From Trichoplax adhaerens (Eukaryota > Animalia > Placozoa): 64,000 bases of DNA. Position 1 is the stretch's first letter; each line of letters starts with the position of its first letter. Shown piece by piece: positions 1 through 11,500 of this stretch. Both the position numbers and the translations under genes were made by a program. The DNA lies in the NCBI RefSeq assembly GCF_000150275.1, contig NW_002060976.1, positions 253,626-317,625 on the forward strand, in the 5' to 3' direction. The notes under the pieces are model-generated. The model made no database searches and was not told the DNA's origin. It was given only the letters and a program-made list of their open reading frames with translations.

Positions 1-760
1 CAATACTTTGATATGGACAAAGCGTGATGGGTATCGCTGATTAGGACGTTATTGACAACTTTGACTATTTGTACTGGTAGAATAATGATACAACTGCTTG
101 ACATCTTTTACAGGATAAAGGAAGGCTATATCGTGCAGATACAAACTCTCTGCTCCACTTGCTATCAATACTTTGAAGTAGACGAGAAATGATGGGTATT
201 GCTGATTAGGACGCGTTATTGACAATTTTGACAACTTGTACTCGTAGAATGGCGTTACAGTAATGGTTACTAGTGCTTGACATCTTTTACTGGATAAATC
301 AAAGCTATATCGTCATGCTACAAGCTCTCTGCTCCACTTACTATCAATACTTTGATATGGACGAGAAATGATGGGTATTGCTGATTAGGACCCGTTATTG
401 ACAATTTTGACTACTTGTACTCATAGAATGGCATTACAGTCATGATACAAGTGCTTGCCATCTTTTACTGCATAAACGAAACCTATATCGCCCTGCTACA
501 AACTCTCCGCTCCACTTGCTATCGATACTTTGATATAGACGAAGCATGATAGGTATCGCTGATTAGGACATTATTGACAACTTTGACTATTTGTACTCGT
601 AGAATGGCATGACAGTCATGATACAAGTGCTTGACATCTTTTACTGGATAAATGGATGTTATATCGTAATGATTGATTGTAAAGGTAGGTGATAGAAGAA
701 AGCAATCCAAACTATTTCCTCCACTTGCAACTTACTATCAATACTTTTATATGGACGTGG
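1..760. repeat. Degenerate tandem repeat, ~165-215 bp units (about 4 copies, runs off the left edge)
   Basis: The anchor caatactttgatatggac recurs at 1, 166, 345, 523 and 739. The blocks gctgattaggacgttattgacaactttgacta and gcttgacatcttttactggataaa are shared between units. Confidence 0.95.
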
Positions 761-871
761 AATCTTGGATCGGCTGGTGACTTTGTACTTCCTCTTATAA
801 TATCGATCGTGCACTTGAATTTTGGTCAGGACTTCATAAGCCATATCTTCACCACTTGCCAGTTCGTCCAT
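519..871 (-). CDS. Possible 5' exons of an unidentified gene or pseudogene
   Basis: ATG at 871 (MDELASGEDMAYEVLTKIQVHDRYYKRKYKVTSRSKIPRPYKSID) runs into a strong donor A|GTAAGT at 735. The acceptor ttatccag| near 645 continues in phase (IKDVKHLYHDCHAILRVQ...). No family recognised. Confidence 0.3.
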
Positions 872-1949
872 TCTCTATTATTTCAACTCCTCTAATTCCA
901 ATTCACTTTTCACACCAATAGCATCTACTCCGATAAGTGTTGAACCCTTCAAGATCTTTTCTCCTTGGCTGTAGACGATTAATCTACAATCTACTGTAGA
1001 CTGCCTAAGTGCATCTGCAACAATATCAATCGTTTAAATACAATATTATAATTGCCGTTGAAAACTCATGGCTATAACTGTTGTAATAAGCCGATTTTCA
1101 TCTCTCAATTAGCCCTTGCAGACACGATGACAATTAAGGAAATCAACTTGCAATTTTCTACTCCACATCAAGTCCAAAAAATGCCTAAAATACCCCCCAA
1201 AAGTCGCGACCACTGTCTAGGTCTAGGCGAGCACTGTCGCCATTTCCAGCGTTGCTAGGATAGTTGAAAGGATTGTTGCAGCCTAGTAGGCTATTTTTGA
1301 TGACCCGTTCATGAGTGAGCATCGCATACTAATCCTAGTTGATTTATGATCGGCGGTCGTCGATGGTGGAATTTGTCCTTCGTAGGCAATGGAGCTTTAG
1401 CTTAGGCAAGGTTGTGTATAACTAATGTCGCAAATTGCGGCATAATAGCCAGTGTAAGATTTAGAATAGACATGGTTGTATACGACATCTATTTTACTCG
1501 CTATTTTGCGAGCATAATCCTACATGAATTGTAATAAATTTATCATTCCTAATCATTCCAATCCATCAATATGAATGATACAGTAGGTTATTTAGGATTG
1601 ATTGCAGCCATTGCAATCTTTCTAGCGGTTATACCATCATCATGCGGATTTTAAAGTTTTGCGGTCTGCATGCATGAAGACTGTGAGCTATCTAAGTACA
1701 CTACTGACCACCACCCAGTGTTTCGACCACTATACTGTAGCATGGCCTAAACGACAACAGTTTGCAGGAAGCTGGATAACCTTAAGGTCAACTACCCAAT
1801 CATGACTACTGCCCCTGGTAGATGGCAAGGGAGTAGAGGTTGGATTGCCATTTCAATATGGCGTTTCAGCATCGCTGAAATCATTTGCAAATTTGCAAAC
1901 TTTCTCCCAACTTTTAACTTATTATTGGCAGCCATTGCATCGATGAAAG

Positions 1950-4900
1950 ATGGAGTTTCATTCTCGACGTTCTCCAGATTATCTGTCGCCATGGATGTGT
2001 AGCAAGTAGTCAACCCCTTGCGAGTCAAGTAGGCTTGGAGATTCTACGCCAAGGTGGTAATGCTGCTGATGCTGCAGTTGGTGTGGCCGCGGCACTCAAT
2101 GTCACCGAGCCTTGCAGTACTGGCATCGGAGGGGATTGCTTTTGCTTGTTTTATCATGCAGGCAAAAAGCAAGTGCTTGGATTAAATGCCAGGTTAGGCT
2201 AATATTATTACATTGAGAGTACTGTAGAGAGAGAGTAGAACGTCTTGCAAGAAGACGTTCGATTTCGACTGCTATCCTTAAACCATACGATGATTTATCT
2301 CTTCATCCAATGTCGTCTTGTGTTTTTGCTGGTTGGATGACAATGTATTTTTGCTTTTTGGATGATAATGATGCTAGCATAGAATAGGAGTATAGTATTT
2401 TTGCTAAGATGGTGCCACCTCCCTCTACAATGTCGTGTTGTATTTTTACTTGTTTGATGATAACGATCCTAGCATGGAATAGGAGTAGTGTGAGATTGCT
2501 AGGATAGTGTCTAACATTCTTGCATTCAGCAAGGATAGCGCAACGTCTTAAGAAAGTGTCATCATTCTTACTCTACTCTTCTACCACTAGACTTATTCAA
2601 TAGGATGATCCACCTCTCTCTACAATGTCGTGTTGTATTTTTACTTGTTTGATGATAACGACCCTAGCATGGAAAAGGAGTAGTGTGCGATTGCTAGGAT
2701 GGTGTCTAATATTCTTGCATTCAGCAAGGATAGTGTAACGTCTAGAGAAAGTGTCATCATTCTTACTCTACTCTTCTGCAACTAGACTTATTCAATAGGA
2801 TGATCCATATCTCTCTACAATGTCGTGTTGTATTTTGGCTTGTTTGATGATGACGATGCTAGCATGGAATAGGAGTATAGTATTTTTGCTTGCTTGAAGC
2901 TAACGATGCTAGCATGGAATAGAAGTAGTGTGCGATTGCTAGGATGGTGTCTAACGTTCTTGCATTCAGCAAGGATAGCGTAACGTCTAGAGAAGGTGTC
3001 ATCATTCTTACTCTACTCTTCTACAACTAGACTTACTCAATAGGATGATCCATATATCTCTACAATGTCGTGTTGTATTTTGGTTTGTTTGATGATGACG
3101 ATGCTAGCATGGAATAGGAATAGCGTGCGACTGTTAAGATGCTATCCTAGATCAGGCTAACAATCTTGCATTCAGAATGGATAGCGTAACTTCTTGAGAA
3201 AGTATCATCATACTTACTCTACTCTTCTACATCTAGACCTATTCAGTAAGATAATCCATATCTCTCTACAATGTCGCATCGTATTTTTGCTTGTTTAATG
3301 ATAATGATGCTAGAATGGAACAGGAATAGCGTGCAAATGCTAAGATGGTGTCCTAGGTCGGGCTAACATTCTTGCATTCAGCAAAGATAGCATAACATCT
3401 TGAGAAAGTATCATCATTCTCACTCAACTCTTCTACACCTAGACCTATTCAATAAGATGATCCATAGCTCTCTACAATGTCGTGTTGTGTTTTAGCTTGT
3501 TTGATGATAATGACATTATAGTGGAATGGAAGTAGCGTTCAATTGCTAAGATAGTGTCCTAGGCTTCCGTGTCTTAATTAAGTTAAGCCAACATCCTTGC
3601 ATTCCGCTAGGGGAGCGGGATCAACATGGATCTGGAAGTTCTAGAGTCAAAAATAACTTAATATTGTAGGAGTCGGACATCCATGCTGATCCGGATGATC
3701 CATCTCTCCATAGAATGTGTTTTGGCTTGTTTGATGATGTTGATTGACATTATAATGGAATAGGAGTAGCTTGCGATTGCTAAGATAGTGTCCTAGGTCT
3801 CCAAACAGTTAATATACTGTACAGTACTGTAATAGTGCCATTTTAACTTTCAAGACCAATTACGACAGTATCTATAATTTATTTATACGCCCCCCCCATT
3901 TGCATAAGATTAATATACGAGTATTCATATTTACTTTAGTGGTCGTTGTCCTGCTGGTCTAAACATCAATGTCTTGGCAGAACAGGGCATTACCGACAAA
4001 TTGCCATGGTTCAGTCCACATGCAATAACCGTTCCAGGCGCGGCTGCTGGATGGGTTGATACGGTAGAAAAATTTGGTAGCGGTAAGGTGAGTCAATGTG
4101 AAATGCTAATAGATCCATTAGACATCGAACACCCCTACCAGTTGCACAGTCAATAATGCTGAAATGACTGTTTACAATTCTTTAGACCACAGTAGTATGT
4201 ATATAAATACAGTTATACTCTAAACTGCTATACGTATTATGATAGAATGCAATTGATCATGATTATGGAATTGCAGCTCTATATTCAAAGATCCAAATCG
4301 ATCGACACTCCACGCATTGTACCAGACCAATCCACATGATTTCAAAAGATACTCACGACCTTCCTCGAACATGCTCATCCATTTAGACTATGGAGGTCTA
4401 CATCTTAGTTGAATAGTGATATTGTAACAAAATCAGTCCATCTTCATCGACATCTGGATTCAACAACTTACCTTACATAATGTTCTGAGTACAGTCACGA
4501 CAATTGAATCGATAGTGATGCTATTCTTATATGCTATTTATTTCTGAACTATAATTGCTGTTAATATTTTGTACTACAATATATATACAATGGCTATGGT
4601 AATGAAAAATAAAATTGTTTGATTTATAGCTGGATTTGGGACAAATTTTACAGCCAGCTATCGAATTAGCAGAATATGGTTTTCCTGTTCATCCGGTCGC
4701 AGCGCATCATTGGCAGGTTGGAGCACCCTTATTGACTAATCCAAAAAATCGTTTTGGTTACGAAATGCTTTTGAACGGTAAACCACCTAAGGCTGGCGAA
4801 ATTATGAAAATGCCAAATCTTGCACGGACTTTTAGGGTTGGTTATGCTATGATAAGCAATAGTATTCATATCTATCATGCGAATTTGTTTATGTGAATAG

Positions 4901-7599
4901 CAGTACTGTGACATCAAAGTTGGGTTTTGATCAATGAACGTTGCTGTAGGAGATCATTTCTTGCAGAATGGTAGTATTATATATGTCCATCAAAATATTT
5001 TAATCCTACAACTATATATGGAATAATGTACCAAATAACTTCTGATCGGTACATCTACAGTATAGGAAATCATTTGACACCTTATTAATTAATTAATAAG
5101 TTGATAAGTTTTGCCCCTAATACAAAATTAATATCAATCATATAGCCGCATATGGAATTCTGTTCACGGTACGGTATAAAGTTACTGAACCTCTCTTAAG
5201 TGAGCACATTATCGTAAACCGTCAGTAAAGCGACGGGAGCTTGCACTAATATATATATATATATATATATATATTATACAGTATGAATGAGTGGGTAAGA
5301 GTGTTCCACATAGCTAAAAATGGAGAGTTACTGTAAGATTAGAGAAATGCGGTACGTATATCAGTATATGTCATACACTCTACTACTACACAGTACACGG
5401 TATAAAGTTACTGAACCTCTGACAGGTCTACGACAAATGGTAATACTATCTGTTAAATGAGCACATTATCGTAAACCGTCAGCAAAGCGACGGGAGTTTG
5501 CACTAGTAATTCATGATTAGTGAAGCGTAGGAATTATTTAACTTCTTTTAGCAAGTTTTCTCTATCATAACATTTCAATCCTACAAATGAAATATTGTTC
5601 AAGTTGATGCTTGATCAGTTTCTTGTTGGTAATTATTTGACTCTTTTATAATCATTCAGTAAGATTTATCCCTATCATAATATTAATTTTAACCTTGTAT
5701 AGATTCAGCTTTAAGATGACTCTTGATTTGTACAGCGTAAGAAATCATTAAACTTTTATAGTATATAATAGTAAGATTGATTTATATCATATGTTATTAT
5801 TATGAGTAGAATAATACCCGAGGTAATTCTTAATCATCAAATAGTATATCTTTCAATACTTACAGTAAATTGAATAAGATTTATCTCGATCATATCATTG
5901 TAATTGTGTCTACAATTGAAAATAATACTTCTACGAGGTAATTCTCGATCAGCTAAGCTTAGGAAATTATTCAACTCCTTATTGTTAAGCGTTCATCTCC
6001 GCTAATTTTATCAAACATTTTCTTAATTAATATTACTATTAAATAGGAGCTAGCCACGCAAGGGAAAAATGGTTTTTATAGCGGACGGATAGCTAATGCG
6101 ATTGTTGACATTGTAAAAGAACACGGCGGTTTAATGACCCTCGACGACCTATCTAGTCATTATAATACTTTCGATGACCCCATATGTGTCAATTATAAAG
6201 GAATTAATGTATGGGAAATCCCGCCTAATGGTCAAGGCATTACTGCTTTGCTAGCGCTTAACTTGCTAAAAGGATACGATTGGAATGGTATGCAATTTTA
6301 ACTTCCAGTGTCTCAAAATAACGTCAATCTTGTTATATAATATCGATAAATATTATCATCCTTACATTTCCATATTTCACCTTTGACTAGGTATCGAGCA
6401 TAACAGTACTCAGTACTTACATACTTTAATCGAAGCAATGCGCATAAGTTTCGCTGACTCGTCGTGGTATGTCGCTGATCCAGAACAAGTCAATATACCT
6501 ATTAAGGAATTATTGTCCAATCGCTATGCTAATGAACGACGACAGCTAATAAAATCTGATCGGTTAGCAATCATTCAAATAGGTGTAATAATAGCGTTAT
6601 CGTAATGAAATTTTGTCGAGATAGGAGTAAAGTAAAATCGGTTTAAATTGCGTAACCTGAAGATAAAACAAACTTGGCTTATTATTTCTACTACTAAAAG
6701 CGAGGCTGTAAGTCTGTAACTAATACTGGATCATCGTTACATAAATTCTAGGGCTACAGTATCAGTTGAAAAAGGGAAACCATTCAATTGTAGTGATACA
6801 GTTTATTTTGCAACAGCTGACAACGAAGGCAACGCATGTTCATTTATTAATAGCAATTACATGGGTTTTGGAACTGGCATCATTCCGGAAGGTTGCGGCT
6901 TTACATTACAGGTTAGAAATTGGATATATTCCTTTTATATTTCAACTGCATTAATGGAGTATTCATTTTCATTTAATACTGATATTATTGGAATAATTCA
7001 CTGTTGATGTCCTGTACAGAACCGTGGATCAAATTTTTCTTTAGAAAAAGATCACCCGAACATTTTAGCACCTCGGAAAAGACCTTATCACACAATCATT
7101 CCCGGAATGGCGACATGTGCATCTTCTGGCGATCTTTACGCTAGCTTTGGCGTGATGGGTGGCTTCATGCAGCCGCAAGGACACGTGCAGGTAGACAACG
7201 CTATATACTGCTTGTATCTGTATCATACATCTTTTTGACAGGATTGGGTTTTGGCAAAATTACATATATTTGCTCTTGTTCGCTACGAAATCTTAGGTAA
7301 TGTTGAACATGATTGACTTCGACATGAACCCTCAACAGGCCTTGGATGCCGCAAGATTTTGCGTTGGAAGTGGGCATAAAGGAAGCGCCGGTGGAGTTAA
7401 TTTAGAAAAAGGTTTACCGTGTGATACCCGTGATAATTTAGCGGATATGGGTCATGATGTAAGTGATCTAATCGAAGGGCATGGACGAGCGCTATTTGGC
7501 CGAGGACAAATCATCTTAAGGAAAGAGGATGGCAACGGTTGTCGCACCTGGTGGGCAGGCTCCGATCCAAGAGCGGATGGATTAGCCATTGGCTATTAG
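1950..7599 (+). CDS. Gamma-glutamyltransferase / glutathione hydrolase, YwrD-type (Ntn hydrolase), 8 exons
   Basis: Exons ~1950-2192, 3940-4087, 4630-4836, 6047-6287, 6391-6562, 6752-6911, 7020-7190 and 7297-7599 are all GT-AG and phase-compatible. Motifs: [52 protein letters not shown], autoprocessing site SD|[50 protein letters not shown]. One extra base at ~1977-1978. Confidence 0.95.
2290..3800. repeat. Intronic tandem satellite, ~195-245 bp units, in GGT intron 1
   Basis: The anchor tacaatgtcg recurs at ~2426, 2621, 2816, 3061, 3267 and 3473, with degenerate copies at both ends. Blocks such as ttcttgcattcagcaaggatag and tcatcattcttactctactcttct are shared. Confidence 0.95.
5166..5506. 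repeat. Short direct duplication (~85 bp, two copies) flanking a (TA)n microsatellite at ~5249-5273, in GGT intron 3
   Basis: acggtataaagttactgaacctct...gagcacattatcgtaaaccgtcagtaaagcgacgggagcttgcacta occurs at ~5170 and ~5397. The second copy carries a short insertion. Confidence 0.85.
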
Positions 7600-8540
7600 T
7601 AACTTCCTGATTAAACTCTTAGTTTAATTTATCTATAAAGGGAATCACTTGTATGATTTTAGGATCTAGCAACCCTAGAATATCCAATTAATCAACTCTT
7701 ACATGCATTACACGAGTACTTTCTTCATTCTTAAATGAATATTACGTTTTTTTAATTTTATTTTTATAACTTATACAATTTTAAGAATTACACTACCAGT
7801 TATCCTTCGTTTGAATATAATTTTAAAAAATATTAAAATTGCTAAAACTTGTTTTATCTCCGATAATGCGTGATTGAAGTTTTTCTTAGTATATTTTGAT
7901 CAATTGATCTTAATTATAGCACGAACTTGAACTCTTTCATTGTAAATGCATGAACTATAAATTATTTCATTCACTTAGTATTACTACCTTAAATTGCTGC
8001 TAAAACCTGGGCTTAGTCAACCTTATCTCCATTCCATAGAAGCTTATATTTAAGTGCAATAAACATGTTGTAACAAGTGTAATTTATGCCAGAATTAACC
8101 TGACACAACAAAATTTTATCTTATTAGCCCAAGTTTAGGTTTTTAACCAATAGCTGACCTACATGACCATGAAAGATACAGCATATCTAAGAGTTTACGC
8201 AAGCTTACGAATATTACGTTCATAAATGATATACGCTGCTCTAAAATAATTATAGATGTCAGTATTGGTAATATGACATAGTTGAACACCATTAGTGCAT
8301 AGACCGCAGAGTAATTTAAAAGAATTAAAATTTTTCTCTATATGATAAATGTATCATTAATATGTAATTATCAAATCACTTTTTATACGAGTATATAGGT
8401 CATAAGCAGAAAAATAATGTTACACATGATTTACATCCACAAAGTGTACAGTCTATCGTATCATTGACAACCTTTATGGCTTACGATAATAACACTATAG
8501 TAGAAAGATAAAATGGAGAAATATAACGTAATAAGTTGTT

Positions 8541-11500
8541 TTATAGGCATGAAAACGGTATGTTTTGAGGCATTTTGGATAGCGTTAGAGTAAGATTGCT
8601 TCCACCCCGTCGGATAATAGCAAGTGCACTATGGACAAAAACAGAGACATTAATTTTACTCTAAAGTTCTATATACGAATATAAGTTTTACTAGATAGTA
8701 AATAATTAGCTAGTTCGAAAAAGACCATGATGTATGCTCAATCTTATCTCTTAGGGTAAAATAAATTATTATATGAATAGGTAGTTTTCTTACAGAAGTA
8801 AATTACCTCGAATACTCGACGCCAGATAAACTGATGCCGTTAACAGCTATGATTTTATCACCGGAGCTTATACGATTACCCTATTTAACAAATGGCATGT
8901 CAAATATTTCAATTTTACTCCCACATATACGACTCTAAATTTTAAATTATTGTAACATAGTAGCATATGATTTTATTACTCTAAGAGTGATTCTAGGCAG
9001 TAGTGACTCTACTACATTCTCCCTGGTAGTAACAAAATCTTTCCAAATGGGTATCTGAAACTTTACCTACCGATGATGCAATTCCCTCTGGTTTAACCTC
9101 TGCAACAAAGACTCCCTCTTTACGAAATACGGATTTCTAATTTTAAAATTAGATAAATGTAAAGTCTTATTGAACTGCGTAAAATTATAGTCTATTAATT
9201 CATTTACTAGAAATAAGCAATTAGAATTATAGATTACTTACAGTCCCGTCTACAAGTCCTAAACCTAAATCACCATGCCTTTTGTGTAATATCACAGTAG
9301 TCACTTCACGATCCTCAATTAATTGATCTCGGACTATTAAATCGTGCTTGGACTGTGCTGACGAAATATCGTTTGTTTCGCAATCGACGAATATTTCTTT
9401 GTCATCGCGAATTGGACTTTCATCAATCTCGGCAAAAATAATATCATCTATATCCGTCGAATTGGCGAATAAAGACGTACTGTCTGATTTTAGCCACTGT
9501 TGTATTCTATTACTATTAATCTTAGGAGTAGATCCATCGCTGTCTGTTAACTACTCAAAGAATAATCCGAATTATGCGTATGTTACGAAAAGCTATTAAA
9601 GATATGCACATCAATATCACTGAACTGATTACTCAAGATAATATACCTTTTTACTTTTGGTGACTTCTGGACGAGAATACTTTGACTTTATTTTTTCACA
9701 TCTTTTATCATTACAGTCTTTAGACACTTTAGATCCACCATCGATCACATTGCTATTTTGCAGTACGGTACTCTTATTAGTCTAGGAAATGGTTATAAAA
9801 GAAATGGTTAACATCTTTAATACTTCTACTGCCGCTTCAGTATCAGAATAAGACAATCAGCAGTAGTTGATCAGATTATTTTTATAAACGTGTTTACCGT
9901 TTTGGGGAAATACCTGTTTAATCATATCAGCATTTCTACAATCTTTTCGTCCATCATAAGAAACTTGCTCCAGGAACATTTCCGGATCATACTCGTAAGA
10001 AGAGCGACGAGAGTTTGTATGCGTCAAATTATCACACATTTTCATTAAAGCATCAGTGATAGAGCTGAAGAATCAAAAAATAATGTTACGGCTGCGATAT
10101 TTTTGATATAAGTTATTAGCTATCGCAGAAAATTCCAGTTTTCAAAGATATGGATATGAGAGAAAACGCAGAAATGCTGCTCATAAGATAAGTATCTCGC
10201 TATATCTAAAGTAGTTTCTGAAGTTAAAATAAATTATAAATGCTACATAAGAGGAATAGAGAGCACGTATGTGTTTAGTTATAACATAAGTGATGAAACA
10301 GAGAAGCTTATTTTATGTAATTCTTTTCTAGTCGTAATTTACCTTTTGCACTTAATTGAAATTTTTCTACTTATTTTTTTCTCAATCTGATCCATAAATT
10401 TACTTTGATCCATGGATGATCTTCTTTCTGTTTTAATGAAACATTGGGTTATTTAGCCGACAATTTAAATGAAACCAGATGGAATAAAGCTATTGCATAG
10501 ACAAATACGAAAATGTTAGAAGTAATTACAATAATTACCTCGAGAAGCATTATTTAGGATTTGGATATTTTGATACAGCATCCCTTCTGGGGGATCACCA
10601 TCTAGATTAACGATATAATCTTTGGCCGGTAATGAAAAGAATTCATTTATTTGCCATGGTGCCACAAGTTGAACTATACAAAAAAGATAATTTTCGTTAC
10701 AGATGCTGAAGAAAGCAAATATAGGATATAAACAATTATAAGAAACTGAAATGCTACCTCACCTGTGCTTAAGACTTCTTGTGAGACATGCTGAGGTGGT
10801 AGCCAAAGCATAGGAGGAATGACATAGGAATTAAATTGATGCTTACTCATGAACCAATGCAGCTGTGGTGCGGTGAGTTTGTTATAGGTAGATGATAACT
10901 TCTCCCATGAAGACTTTTTATAATAGCAAATGACAAAAAAATCCGTCAAAATGCATTCATAATATCATCATCGTTTGCATTTAACATTAATTTGGGGATA
11001 GTAACGATTAAATCAAAGTTCTATTTACTTGGGTATTTATTTAAAAGCCAAACAATTATACTCGTACAGCGTATTGGAATGAAAACTATTACCTGAAAGA
11101 GATGTTGTGGTATTGAGGCTAATAAATGGGCAACTTGAATTGCAGATCCCATTTTATCCGTTGCCAAGTAATTAAGATCGACTTGATTAGTCCAGTTTAG
11201 AATGTTATTCAAATTTTGTTGCAAGGATATACCGTGAGATTGATCATAATTGCCGCTAACACCATATTTTATAGTAATGTCTAAAATCTTATAATTGAGG
11301 AATTCCAAGATGTTGGATAAACAAGCATTTCTTGCTTCAGGGTGTAAATCGTAGAGAGTGGATAAGTCATAAACTGCATTAAGAATTGTAGCAATGGAAG
11401 AGAAAGAGATATTTCGAAAAATATCAATAACATTTCCAGTCAGGGAATTTTTTTCTGACGAATAATTAGCAGATTCTGAAATACTTTTGCGCAAAATCTA

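Noticed and set aside
1-3800. Tandem arrays as CRISPR-like repeat-spacer arrays
   Set aside because: The whole units are homologous with no unique spacers, there are no cas genes, and the context is eukaryotic.
1950-7599. Recent horizontal transfer or bacterial contamination of the YwrD-like GGT
   Set aside because: It has seven spliceosomal introns, host-like composition and eukaryotic neighbours.
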